Below, one piece after another: positions 1 through 9,345 of a DNA stretch of 64,000 nucleotides. Source of the stretch: Chloroflexota bacterium (GTDB lineage Bacteria > Chloroflexota > UBA11872 > VXOZ01); the NCBI GenBank assembly GCA_963662335.2, contig CAXXVD010000002.1, positions 802,877 through 866,876 of the forward strand, written 5' to 3'. Below the pieces are notes generated by a model. That model was not told the origin of the DNA. It worked only from the letters and a program-made list of their open reading frames with translations, and did not search any database. The stretch's first letter is position 1. Each line of letters opens with the position of its first letter. Position numbers and translations under genes: made by a program.

Positions 1-1175
1 GACGAAAAGCGCGCCGTGCCGCCCACGGGCATGACGTGGCTCGGCCCGGCGATATAGTCGCCCAGCACCTCCGGCGAGGCGCTGCCCACGAAGACGCCGC
101 CGGCGTTGCGCACCTTGCCCACCCATTGCCACGGCTCGCGGGTGAGCAGGCAGAGATGCTCCGGCGCGTACTCGCTCGCTGCATTGACGGCCGTTTCCAG
201 AGTGTCTACCACCACGATGCCGCCGTTGTGCCGCAGCGAATAGGCGGCTTCCTCTGGGCGCGGCAGGGCCGCCAGTTGCGCGGCCAGTTCTTGTTCTACT
301 CGCGCGGCCAGGTCGGCGCTGTCCGTGATGAGGAGCGGCGTCGCCAGCAGGTCGTGCTCGGCCTGGGCGAGCAGATCGGCCGCCACCTCCGCCGGCTCGG
401 CCGCGGCGTCGGCAATGATGAGCGTTTCCGTTGGGCCGGGCAACTGGTCGATGCCCACCTGGCCGTAGACCTTCTGCTTGGCGAGAATCACGAAGAGATT
501 GCCCGGGCCAAGAATCTTGTCCACCTTCGGCACTGGCCCGGCGCCGTACGCCAGCGCGGCGATGGCCTGTGCGCCGCTGATTCTGAAGACCCGGTGCGCG
601 CCGGCCACCGCCGCCGCCGCCAGTTTGAGCGGATGCACGCTGCCGTCGGCGCGGCAGGGCGTGGCCAGGACGATCTCTTCCACACCTGCCACCCGCGCCG
701 GCACGACCGACATGAGCACCGACGAGGGATAGACCCGCTCCGTGCCCGGCGAGTAGATGCCGACGCGCTGCAGGGGCCGCACCATCTCGCCGAGGCCGGT
801 CTCAAAATCCAGCCACGAGTTGCGCCGCTGTTTTTCATGATACGCGCTGATGCGCGCCGCCGCCTGCTCCAGCACGCCCAGCAGCGCGGGGTCGATGCGA
901 TCGCGGGCCGCGGCAATCTCCGCAGCGGGAACCTCCAGCGGCTCCGGCGCGGCGCTGTCGAAGTGCCGCATGTAGCGCAGGAGCGCGGCGTCGCCTTCCG
1001 CCCGCACGTCGGCCAGGATGCGGTCCACCACCGCGCCGGGGGGCAGGTCTTTCCCAAAGACGTCGCGGATGCGCGCCGCCACCGGCGCGGGCAACGCTTC
1101 GTCCCCCAGCGGCGTGCGCTTGAGCACCGTGCGGCGGGCTTCTGCAAGATCGGTGATGATGCGGGTTACCGGCAT
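1..1175 (-). CDS. hisD: Histidinol dehydrogenase (3' end beyond window)
   Basis: Missing from the ORF track. Manual minus-strand translation from ATG 1175 gives [10 protein letters not shown]...[12 protein letters not shown]...[17 protein letters not shown]...[11 protein letters not shown]...[12 protein letters not shown]...[10 protein letters not shown]...[10 protein letters not shown]...APEHL...[21 protein letters not shown], which are HisD signature motifs. Confidence 0.97.
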   Translation of the reverse strand, partial: [391 protein letters not shown]

Positions 1176-1218
1176 ATTGATTGTCTCGCTAGAGATTATG
1201 TTTCCGCTTGAAGATTCC

Positions 1219-1242
1219 GGTAGCGCAGGTTTGCAACCTGCG
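1219..1242. repeat. REP family C (GTAGCGCAGGTTTGYAACCTGCG), representative copy
   Basis: Copies at ~4546, 16565, 22404 and 24688. Confidence 0.8.
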
Positions 1243-1353
1243 TGACTGCGGCGCACACCCGCTCTCCTGACGGGCAACCGCCGGAGGCAACGCCCCGCGC
1301 CGCCCAGCCCGGCGGGGGACAAGCCCCCGCCCTACACGGAATTGGCGTTTGCC

Positions 1354-1377
1354 GTAGCGCGGGGGCTTGTCCCCCGC
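1354..1377. repeat. REP family A (GTAGCGCGGGGGCTTGTCCCCCGC), representative copy
   Basis: Further copies at ~1311, 2368, 5751, 16264, 16346, 16632, 22337, 22481, 24565, 24621, 35994, 47402, 47582, 57998, 60969-61146 and 62941. Confidence 0.9.
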
Positions 1378-1417
1378 CTCTTAACGCCAATAACGAATAC
1401 CCTACCGGCCGCGCCAC

Positions 1418-2197
1418 TTACACCACGTACGCCGCCACCCGTTTCAGATACCGCCGCGCGCTGGCAGCCTCCGGCGGCGCGGTTGCCAGCATCTCCCGCG
1501 CGGCGCGCGCGGCGTCGTAGGGCACGGCGCGGAACTCCACGTGCCACGCGCCGCGCTCGTGGGTCAACACCGCGTAGCGGGCGCGCGGGTCGTGCTTGCG
1601 CTCGTAGGTATGGCCCACCGCGCCGGGATTGACCACCAGGCTTTCATTATAGCGGCGTTCCACGCGCCGGTGGGTGTGGGCGCAGAGCACCAGGTTGGCC
1701 GTCACGCCCTGCAGCATGGCGTGGAATTCTTCGTCCGAGGTGCGCGGTTGGTCCGGCCCCAGCGTTCTGGCGTCCGGCGCGGGATAGAGCGACCGCGTGA
1801 GATGGCCGGGCGCACCGTGACAGAGCAAGGTATCTTCCTTCCCCACCAGAGATAAGAAACGTTCATTAGGCAGGTCGCGAAACCGCGCCACCCGCGCCGC
1901 GCCCAGTTCCGCGAACGCCTGCCGCTCGACGAACGACTTGCCGGCGCCGGCATCGTACCGCGACAATTCCGCGCACTCGTCGCCCAGCAGCCGCTGCAAA
2001 CCGCGCTCCATGTTGCCGGCAATCCCCACGTGCGGCAGGCCGTCCAGCGCGTCCAACACCGCCCGGTTGTGCGGGAACTTCACCACGCTGTCGCCCAATA
2101 CCGCCACCATGTCCGGCGCTTGGCGCTTGAGATCCGCCAATACCGCTTCCAGGGCGTAGATGTTGCCGTGAATGTCGGCGAGAGCCGCGAGGCGCAT
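1418..2197 (-). CDS. Calcineurin-like metallophosphoesterase (YfcE/PPP-like), copy 1
   Basis: Motifs ADIHGN, LGD, GNME, CHG, AHTH, NPGAVG. Confidence 0.88.
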   Translation of the reverse strand: MRLAALADIHGNIYALEAVLADLKRQAPDMVAVLGDSVVKFPHNRAVLDALDGLPHVGIAGNMERGLQRLLGDECAELSRYDAGAGKSFVERQAFAELGAARVARFRDLPNERFLSLVGKEDTLLCHGAPGHLTRSLYPAPDARTLGPDQPRTSDEEFHAMLQGVTANLVLCAHTHRRVERRYNESLVVNPGAVGHTYERKHDPRARYAVLTHERGAWHVEFRAVPYDAARAAREMLATAPPEAASARRYLKRVAAYVV

Positions 2198-2431
2198 AGA
2201 TGTATTCTCGCAGGACTGCTTGCGAAGCGAAGAGTAGACGCTTCCCTGCCGTCATATGGGCAGGAGGCGCGGTGGCGCAAATGCCGGAAACAGAGCCGGG
2301 GGAACGTCCCTCGTTCAGTATCCGAGATTCCTCGCTACGCTCGGAATGACATTATTGAGCGGCATGCGTAGCGCGGGGGCTTGTCCCCCGCCTCTTAGCG
2401 CCGGAAGAAACCATCAAACCTGGCCGCGACC

Positions 2432-3232
2432 CTAGACCACGTACGCCGCGATGCGTTCCAGGTAGCGGCGCGCGCTGCCGGCTTCCGGCGGCACGGCGGC
2501 CAGCATCTCCCGCACGGCGCTGACGCCGTCATACGGCGCCATGCGGAATTCAACGTCCCAGTCGTTATCCCGATAGGTCAGCAGCGCGTAGCACGCCCGC
2601 GGATCATGTTTGCGTTCGTAGGTGTGGCCCACCGCGCCGGGGTTGACCACCAGTATTCCATTATAGCGGCGTTCGACCCGCCGGTGGCTGTGAGCGCAGA
2701 GGACGAGGCGCGCGGACACGCCTTGCAGCTTGGCGTGGAGTTCGCCAGCCGTCGTGCTCGGCTGGTCCGGCCCCGGCGGCGTGGCGTCGGGCGCGGGATA
2801 GATCGACTTCGTGAGACTACCGGGGGAACCGTGACAGAGCAGCGTATCCTCGCTCTCAAGGAGGGACAGAGACCGCTCGGTAGGCAGGTCGCGAAACTGC
2901 GCCACACGCTCCACACCGATCTGCGCAATGGCCTGCCGCTTGAGAAACAGCACCCCCTTGCCGGTGTCGTACTGCGAAAGGTCGGGGATTTCGTCGCCGA
3001 GTTGCCTCTGCAAACCCCGCTCCATGTTGCCCGCAATGCCCTCATGGGGAATGTCGTCCAATGCGTCCAGCACGGTGCGGTTGTGCGGGAATTTTATGAC
3101 GCTATCACCCAACACCACGACCATATCGGGCACTTGCAGCCGGAGGTCCGCCAGGACTGCTTCCAGGGCGTAGATGTTGCCGTGAATGTCGGCGAGGACG
3201 GCGAGACGCATGGCTGTGTTCCGGTAGGACAC
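2432..3232 (-). CDS. Calcineurin-like metallophosphoesterase, copy 2 (tandem paralog)
   Basis: Same motifs, colinear with 1418-2197. Start may be the second Met (MRLAVLADIHGN). Confidence 0.88.
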   Translation of the reverse strand: MSYRNTAMRLAVLADIHGNIYALEAVLADLRLQVPDMVVVLGDSVIKFPHNRTVLDALDDIPHEGIAGNMERGLQRQLGDEIPDLSQYDTGKGVLFLKRQAIAQIGVERVAQFRDLPTERSLSLLESEDTLLCHGSPGSLTKSIYPAPDATPPGPDQPSTTAGELHAKLQGVSARLVLCAHSHRRVERRYNGILVVNPGAVGHTYERKHDPRACYALLTYRDNDWDVEFRMAPYDGVSAVREMLAAVPPEAGSARRYLERIAAYVV

Positions 3233-3394
3233 CTTTGTGTAGTTCTGTCGAGATAGAAAGGCTGGGGGAAGCTATGGCAAACGTGACAAGCCAATTGGGG
3301 ACTGCAACTGAATCAAACCGGCGTCTCCAGCCGCTGGATACAATTCTTCAGGCAGTGCAGGCACTGTGTTGCAGTCAGAAAGGGTCGTTCACCC

Positions 3395-4351
3395 TCATTT
3401 GAACCGCAGCTCGAATTTTGCCGGGTTCTCGCCTACGTGGGCAATAACAGTGCGAGTGTTCTTGATGTGCGCGACAACGCTGAAGTTTGTCTCCATGTAC
3501 ATAGAATCTATCTGACGGGGCGAAATAAACGCCTTGCCACTTTCATGAACCGGTTTGCTTGACACAAGATACAGTTTGCTCTTTCCGCCTCTTCGAATAG
3601 GACAATGGCTTGGAAGCAAAGAGTCATTCTTGGCGAGCCACTGCGTAATCCTTACCGCGACATCTTTCCAGTGACGCACAGCCTGACGAGACTTGTCCGG
3701 GAACCGGATATCAGTTGGCGGAGGATCATGCTTTCTTACCTCTAGCTCCGAAAGGGGACGCCATTCAAGCTCGTCTGGAGGAGGTACCGGAGCCGGCTGA
3801 GGTGCAGGAGACGGCGCGGGTTTCGGTTGGATGAGAGGAGCGTGACCGGGAACGACTTCACCATCCGCTAGACTTGGCCGCCAGAGAGCCAACGCCACTA
3901 GGCAAACGTCTGCCGCTGACTGTGCGATCAAATCAAATTCGGCCACCAACTTTTCATCGATGGCTCCTTGGCGGTTAGTCTCATAGATATCCCAACGACC
4001 CCCATCCGTCAAGGCGAAGTGCCCTGTTCCCTCCATGAGACAGTAGAGCAATGCTTGAGCCCGAGAGTCCTTGGGCGCATCATCCCTTAGCGGTGAGCCC
4101 AGTTTCTTTGCTTCAATCATCATTGCCGGTCTTCCGTCGCATCCAAGGAGCGCATAGTCAGCCCGGCCTTTGCCCGATTCATACTCGGGTAAGACTAGGG
4201 CCGGGTTGGCCGTGTCCCAGCCGAGTTCGCGCAAGAGCGGGTTGATCAGGGCATATCGGGTGAGGGCCTCGCTGGCTCGCAGCGCGTCGTTGTGCGTCGC
4301 GATGCGCTCTTTGAGCGATTCGATCAGGGTATGCAGGCTCTCCAGGGGCAT
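3395..4351 (-). CDS. HsdR_N-like PD-(D/E)xK restriction endonuclease domain, Pro-rich linker and C-terminal putative DNA-binding domain
   Basis: EALTRYALINPLLRELGWD...PEY...GRADYAL...IEAKK...LTDGGRW pattern. Start taken at MPLESL (4351). Less GC-rich than the flanks. Confidence 0.7.
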   Translation of the reverse strand: MPLESLHTLIESLKERIATHNDALRASEALTRYALINPLLRELGWDTANPALVLPEYESGKGRADYALLGCDGRPAMMIEAKKLGSPLRDDAPKDSRAQALLYCLMEGTGHFALTDGGRWDIYETNRQGAIDEKLVAEFDLIAQSAADVCLVALALWRPSLADGEVVPGHAPLIQPKPAPSPAPQPAPVPPPDELEWRPLSELEVRKHDPPPTDIRFPDKSRQAVRHWKDVAVRITQWLAKNDSLLPSHCPIRRGGKSKLYLVSSKPVHESGKAFISPRQIDSMYMETNFSVVAHIKNTRTVIAHVGENPAKFELRFK

Positions 4352-4641
4352 AGTGAGGGACTTCCCATTTAGACCATTTGTCGGCCAACCCGTCTCTAAC
4401 ATGTAAGCAGCTAGGCTCTCTACTTGCAAGTAGGCCTAGGTTCGACGATCTTGCCGCTCAGTTGGTGGTGGGGATCTATTCCTTGAATGTGCCCCGATGC
4501 CGTGCTAGAGTGACAACACCGAGGGCGGCTGCCGCGCCGGGCGGACGCAGGTTACAAACCTGCGCTACCAGATGGGCCGTGCGCGGTTCTTGCTATCTTG
4601 CCGCTCTTGCCCGCCTGGTCTACCGGAGGAGCACCGTTTTC

Positions 4642-5691
4642 GTGAGCGCAACGCACGCCGTTTCCGCCGCTTCTCAGTTGGGAGAGCCGCCTGCGCCTGG
4701 CGGCCTGGCGCGGCGCGCGGTGCGGTTCGTGCGGGCGCGGATAGGGCTGCTTTCCAATAGTCCGCGGCTCATCAGCGACCCGGAGTTCTTCACAAGCCGG
4801 TCGGTCATCCAGTCGCTGGTGACGAACGTGTTGGCGGTACCGGAGATACCCTACGCCGAGCCGCTGGACGCGCGCATGGTCGTTCTGGACGTGCCTGAGG
4901 CGTCGCCGGCGGTGCGCGTGGGAGAGGATGAGGTTCTTGCCGTAGCGGACTTCAGCGCGTTGGCGGCGGCGTGTTCAGACCGGCGCTGCACGTTGTTTGG
5001 CAACCTGGGGGTGTTCTTTCGCTTTGGGCTGGCGGTATTGGAGCGGCGGCACGGGATTTGCAGCTTCCACGCCTCGGCGTTGTACCGGCCCGACCGCAAC
5101 GAACTGCTGCTCGTGGTCGGCGGCGCCGGCGCGGGCAAGACGGTCTTCCTGCTGGAGGGGCTGCGGCGCGGCTACCAGGTTTTCAGCACGGAGATGACGC
5201 ATCTGGAGTTTCGCGGCGGCGACGTCGTGTTCCACAAGGGGTCGCTGGTGGACAACATCCGGCTGGGTAGCTTTGTGTACGATTTTCCCGACGCGGCGGC
5301 GCGGCTCGGCCTGGACTTGCCTGAGGTGGAGAACGTGTGGGGGCACAAACTGGCGGTGGATCTCGCGCCGGTGGCGCCGGCGGCCGACGAGTTGGTCAAT
5401 CCGCGGCTCTCGCTGCTCTTTCCCAAGATCGAATCGGGACGCGCGACGGCGGTGGTGTCGGACGTTGAGCCGGGCCCAAAGATGGTCAAGCTGCTCTTCG
5501 ATAACGCATCGGAAAAGATCGGCGGCACGGCGTTGCTCTACGACCGCATCCCGCTGCCGGGCACGGACGCGCCGGACATCGCCGCCAAGCGGCTGGACGC
5601 CATGCGGCGCCTGGTGCACGAGCATACCGGCTTGATTGCCCGCGCGAAGGACATCCTGGCCGGTACGCACAATTGCATGGAGGGATTGTAG
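4642..5691 (+). CDS. HPr-kinase-like P-loop protein
   Basis: FHASAL...LVVGGAGAGKT...LRRGYQVFSTE matches the HprK-type HAS...GxxGxGK[ST]...G...SD[DE] pattern. Start is uncertain (GTG 4642 follows GGAGGA). Confidence 0.6.
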   Translation: MSATHAVSAASQLGEPPAPGGLARRAVRFVRARIGLLSNSPRLISDPEFFTSRSVIQSLVTNVLAVPEIPYAEPLDARMVVLDVPEASPAVRVGEDEVLAVADFSALAAACSDRRCTLFGNLGVFFRFGLAVLERRHGICSFHASALYRPDRNELLLVVGGAGAGKTVFLLEGLRRGYQVFSTEMTHLEFRGGDVVFHKGSLVDNIRLGSFVYDFPDAAARLGLDLPEVENVWGHKLAVDLAPVAPAADELVNPRLSLLFPKIESGRATAVVSDVEPGPKMVKLLFDNASEKIGGTALLYDRIPLPGTDAPDIAAKRLDAMRRLVHEHTGLIARAKDILAGTHNCMEGL

Positions 5692-5826
5692 GCAGGGCGG
5701 TAGGATGAAACGCCCTGCCATTGCCGGTGGTAGCCTCCGGTCGCCAAGAGGCGGGGGACAAGCCCCCGCGCTACATTGAGGGAAGAGCGCTTCGACAGGC
5801 TCAGCGCGAACGGACGAGAACTAGCT

Positions 5827-5853
5827 GTCATTCCGAGCGCAGCGAGGAATCTA
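5827..5853. repeat. REP family B (GTCATTCCGAGCGCAGCGAGGAATCT), representative copy
   Basis: Copies at ~2325, 5870, 6842, 6907, 22530, 24533, 47495, 49656 and 49750. Confidence 0.85.
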
Positions 5854-5953
5854 GGGGGCCCTACGCGCGAGATTCTTCGTCGCTGCGCTCCTCAGAATGA
5901 CAATGAGCAATCCTAATGAACGGTCAAATCGCACAATAAGGAGAGTTCAGCCT

Positions 5954-6757
5954 ATGCCACAGGCCTGGGAAGGAATTGTCGAGCCGCCGGTGCGCACCCG
6001 CGTCACCGCCAAGCCGCGCGCTACCGGCTACACGATGGTGTTGGACAAAGGGTTGGGCCTCAACGCCACCGCCGACCTGATGCAGATGGCGGCCCACGTC
6101 ATCGACTCGCTCAAGCTCACGTTCGGCACCTCGGCGTTCTATGAGGAGCGCGTGCTGCGGGAGAAGATCGGCCTGGTGCAGGCGGCCGGCGTGGACATCT
6201 ACCCCGGCGGCACGTTTCTGGAGGCGGCGGTGGTGCAGGGCAAATTGCCGGCCTACGTCGCGCGCGCCAGAGAGCTTGGCTTCAACACCATCGAGGTCTC
6301 CGACGGCACCATCGAGATGGACGCCGCCACCCGGAACGACATCATCGCCCGCGCGTTGGACGCCGGCTTCAAGGTGCTCACCGAGGTGGGCAAGAAAGAC
6401 CCGAAAGACGCCATCGCCACCACCACCATGCACGAGCAGATTGCCAGCGACCTGGCGCAGGGCGCGCATAAGGTCATCGTGGAGGCGCGGGAATCCGGCC
6501 ACGGCGTGGGCATCTTCGACGCCGGCGGCGACGTGCAGACCGAAATGGTGCAGGAAATCCTGGGCGGCGTGAACAACGTGGACGACCTCATCTGGGAAGC
6601 GCCGATCAAGAACCAGCAGCAGTGGCTGATTCTCGAGTTCGGCCCGAACGTCAATCTGGGCAACATCCCGCCGGAGGACATCCTGGCGTTGGAAGCGCTG
6701 CGCTGCGGCATGAGGGGCGATACGCTGAAACGGGCCGTGGCCGGGACGTGGCCGTAG
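5954..6757 (+). CDS. comA: Phosphosulfolactate synthase
   Basis: KPRATGYTMVLDKGLG, LKLTFGTS, YPGGTFLE, IEVSDGTI, EVGKKD, VEARESG, WEAPIKNQQ, FGPNVNLGNI, LEALRCGMRGDT. SD AGGAG precedes ATG 5954. Confidence 0.92.
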   Translation: MPQAWEGIVEPPVRTRVTAKPRATGYTMVLDKGLGLNATADLMQMAAHVIDSLKLTFGTSAFYEERVLREKIGLVQAAGVDIYPGGTFLEAAVVQGKLPAYVARARELGFNTIEVSDGTIEMDAATRNDIIARALDAGFKVLTEVGKKDPKDAIATTTMHEQIASDLAQGAHKVIVEARESGHGVGIFDAGGDVQTEMVQEILGGVNNVDDLIWEAPIKNQQQWLILEFGPNVNLGNIPPEDILALEALRCGMRGDTLKRAVAGTWP

Positions 6758-6906
6758 GATTGACGCCCACTGCGGAAAGGCCGGAAGCGCAGTTTTGCAG
6801 CCTGCGCGGGAGCACAAATAGAGCGCGGGCGCGGCGCCAATGCCATTCCGAGCGCAGCGAGGAATCTCGTGCCTTCCTACGACCTGCCACATGGCGTAAG
6901 CGCTGT

Positions 6907-7000
6907 AGATTCCTCACTGCGCTCCGTTCGGAATGACATGACTGCGCTGCGCTCCGTTCGGAATGACATGACTGCGCCGCGCTCCGTTCGGAATGACATG
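6907..7000. repeat. Tandem 30-bp repeat derived from REP family B (x3)
   Basis: (ACTGCGCT)GCGCTCCGTTCGGAATGACATG repeated. Confidence 0.85.
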
Positions 7001-7116
7001 GGCAAGATTATGCGTTTCACGATTGGCCCATGCTTTTCGCGGTTTGCACGGCCTGGGCGAATGTAGCATGATTAAGCGGAAGCGTCTGCGCCCATGGGCT
7101 AATCAGGAGGTCGGTT

Positions 7117-8082
7117 GTGGGAGAACCGTACGCGTTTTTCGAAGGCAACGTGGTGCCGCTGGCTGAAGCCAAAGTCGGCATCATGACCCACGCGCTCAAC
7201 TACGGCACCGGCTGTTTTGAGGGCATCCGGGGCTACTGGGTGCCGGAGGACGAGCAGGTCTATCTCTTTCGCGCCCGCGAGCACTTCGAGCGCCTGCACC
7301 GCTCCGCGCACATCCTGCGCATGAAGGTGCGCTTCAGTCCCGCGGAACTCACGCAAATGGCCTGCGACCTGGTGGCAACGTGCGGCTGGCGGGAGGACGT
7401 CTACGTGCGCCCGCTGGTCTACAAGAGCGCCGAGCAAGTGGGCCTCTCCCTGGTGCGCAAGGCCGCCGACGGCGGCCTTGAGGACGTGGAAAACGATTTC
7501 TTCATGTTCACCGTGCCCTTTGGCGCGTATCTGGACCTGGATAAACCCATTCGCGTCACGGTCTCGCCCTGGCGGCGCATCGACGACAACGTGATTCCGC
7601 CGCGGGCGAAAGTCACCGGCCTCTACATCAACTCGGCGCTGGCGACCTCCGACGCCAAGATACTGGGCTTCGACGAAGCCATCATGCTGAACGGCGACGG
7701 CACCGTCTCGGAAGGCCCGGGCGAAAACATCTTCCTGCTGCGCGACGGCAAGCTCATCACCACCGGCCCGGACTCCAACATCCTGGAAGGCATCACGCGC
7801 CACGCGGTGATGACGCTGGCGCGGGATGAACTGGGCCTCCAGGTGGAGGAACGGCGCGTGGCGCGCACGGAACTCTACGTGGCCGACGAACTCTTTTTCA
7901 CCGGCACGGCGGCGCAAATTTCGGCCATCGGCGAGGTGGACGGCCGCGTAATTGGCAACGGCGAAATCGGCCCGGTGACGGCTCAGTTGCAGGAAGCCTT
8001 CTTCGACGCCGTGCGCAACCGCAATCCGAAGTACGCGGATTGGTGCGCCGCCGCCTATCCGGTGGGCGCTGGGGTGAAGTAG
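7117..8082 (+). CDS. ilvE: Branched-chain amino acid aminotransferase (class IV)
   Basis: HALNYGTGCFEGIR, AKVTGLY, EGPGENIF, ILEGITR, ELFFTGTAAQI. SD AGGAGG. Confidence 0.95.
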   Translation: MGEPYAFFEGNVVPLAEAKVGIMTHALNYGTGCFEGIRGYWVPEDEQVYLFRAREHFERLHRSAHILRMKVRFSPAELTQMACDLVATCGWREDVYVRPLVYKSAEQVGLSLVRKAADGGLEDVENDFFMFTVPFGAYLDLDKPIRVTVSPWRRIDDNVIPPRAKVTGLYINSALATSDAKILGFDEAIMLNGDGTVSEGPGENIFLLRDGKLITTGPDSNILEGITRHAVMTLARDELGLQVEERRVARTELYVADELFFTGTAAQISAIGEVDGRVIGNGEIGPVTAQLQEAFFDAVRNRNPKYADWCAAAYPVGAGVK

Positions 8083-8204
8083 GCGCAATTCCCGCGCCGC
8101 CGCAGCCGCCCGGCTGCCGCGCTGCCGCCTCGTGGCGGCGCGCCGGCCCAGCGCGGGCCGCGGGCGTTGCGCGCGCCAGGGCGAAGCCCCGCCAAAGGAG
8201 TGCC

Positions 8205-8582
8205 ATGGCAAAGCAAACGCGCACCGGCGCCGGGCTCGAGCTTGTGTCCGGCTACCGCTGTTGGACCGATAAGGCGTTCCTTGCGCTTCTAATTCTGGCC
8301 CTGCTTATCAACGCGGTAGTCTTCCTCGCCGTCCTGGACGTCTACCCGCGCTTGCCGGAGCGGCTGCCGGTGCTCTTCAACGCCCAGGGACAGGCCGATT
8401 TCGTGGCCAACAAGGCGCACCTCTTCCGCCTGCCGTTGGGCGCGCTGCTGGTGACGCTTTTCAGTTGTTTGGCGAGCGCGCTCTTGCTGCGCGGCAGCCC
8501 CTTCTGCGCCCGCATGGCTATGTTGGCAAGTTGCTGGACGGGTCTGCTGCTCCTGGGCGGCCTCTGGTTCATCACCGCTTGA
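8205..8582 (+). CDS. Small membrane protein (DUF1648-like)
   Basis: Three hydrophobic segments; LPERLPVLFNAQGQAD resembles the DUF1648 LPxxIPxHFxxxGxxD motif. SD AAGGAG precedes ATG 8205. Confidence 0.6.
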   Translation: MAKQTRTGAGLELVSGYRCWTDKAFLALLILALLINAVVFLAVLDVYPRLPERLPVLFNAQGQADFVANKAHLFRLPLGALLVTLFSCLASALLLRGSPFCARMAMLASCWTGLLLLGGLWFITA

Positions 8583-8601
8583 CGAAAGGAGAACATGCTT
8601 C

Positions 8602-9345
8602 ATGCAATTGGAGGGAAAGAGCGCCATCGTCACCGGCGGCGCCACCGGCATCGGCCGCGCGGTCTGCCTGAGTTTGGCCCGTGAAGGCGCGAACGTGGTC
8701 GTCAACTACTCGAAGTCGCAAGAAGAGGCGGAGCAGACCGCCCGCGACGCCACCGCGGCCGGCGGCAGCGGCGTGCCGTTCCGCGCCGACGTGGCCGATG
8801 AAGGCAAGGTCAAGGAGATGGTGGCCTTTGCCCATGAATCTTTTGGCCGCGTGGACGCGCTGGTGAACAACGCGGGCTATACCCAGTTCATCGCTCACAC
8901 CGAACTCGACAAACTCACGGACGAACTCTGGGACCGCATCTACGCGGTGAACGTGAAAGGCGCGTTCTACGGCATCCGCGCCGTGACGCCCATCATGCAG
9001 GCGCAGGGCAGCGGCAGCATCGTGAACATCGCGTCGGTGGCCGGCATCACCGGCGGCGGCAGTTCGGTGCCGTACGCCGCCTCCAAGGCCGCGCTCATCG
9101 CCCTCACCAAGTCCATGGCCGCCGCCCTGGGGCCGGCAATCCGGGTGAACACGGTGTCGCCGGGACTCATCTACACGCGCTGGACGGAGAACTACCCGGA
9201 CCGCAACGAGGAAATTCGCCAGGGCACCATCATGCAGCGCCTGGGCACGCCGGCAGACATCGCCGCCGCGGCACACTACCTGATCTGCAACGCCGATTGG
9301 GTGACCGGGCAGAACATCGTCATCGACGGCGGACGTGGAGTCTGA
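8602..9345 (+). CDS. Short-chain dehydrogenase/reductase (FabG-like)
   Basis: TGGATGIG, LVNNAG, YAASK, IRVNTVSPG. Confidence 0.93.
   Translation: MQLEGKSAIVTGGATGIGRAVCLSLAREGANVVVNYSKSQEEAEQTARDATAAGGSGVPFRADVADEGKVKEMVAFAHESFGRVDALVNNAGYTQFIAHTELDKLTDELWDRIYAVNVKGAFYGIRAVTPIMQAQGSGSIVNIASVAGITGGGSSVPYAASKAALIALTKSMAAALGPAIRVNTVSPGLIYTRWTENYPDRNEEIRQGTIMQRLGTPADIAAAAHYLICNADWVTGQNIVIDGGRGV

Noticed and set aside
36-1211. 391-aa plus-strand ORF
   Set aside because: Antisense shadow of hisD. The many other long overlapping ORFs (e.g. 31893-33329, 36061-37554, 37782-39359, 54533-56140) are likewise GC-rich shadows without recognisable motifs.
4403-4455. tRNA-like fragment (…CTACTTGCAAGTAG…GGTTCGA) next to the nuclease island
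   Set aside because: Anticodon loop size, T-stem and acceptor stem do not fit a cloverleaf.
6907-7000. Possible mini-CRISPR
   Set aside because: Head-to-tail 30-bp tandem with no unique spacers, derived from REP-B.
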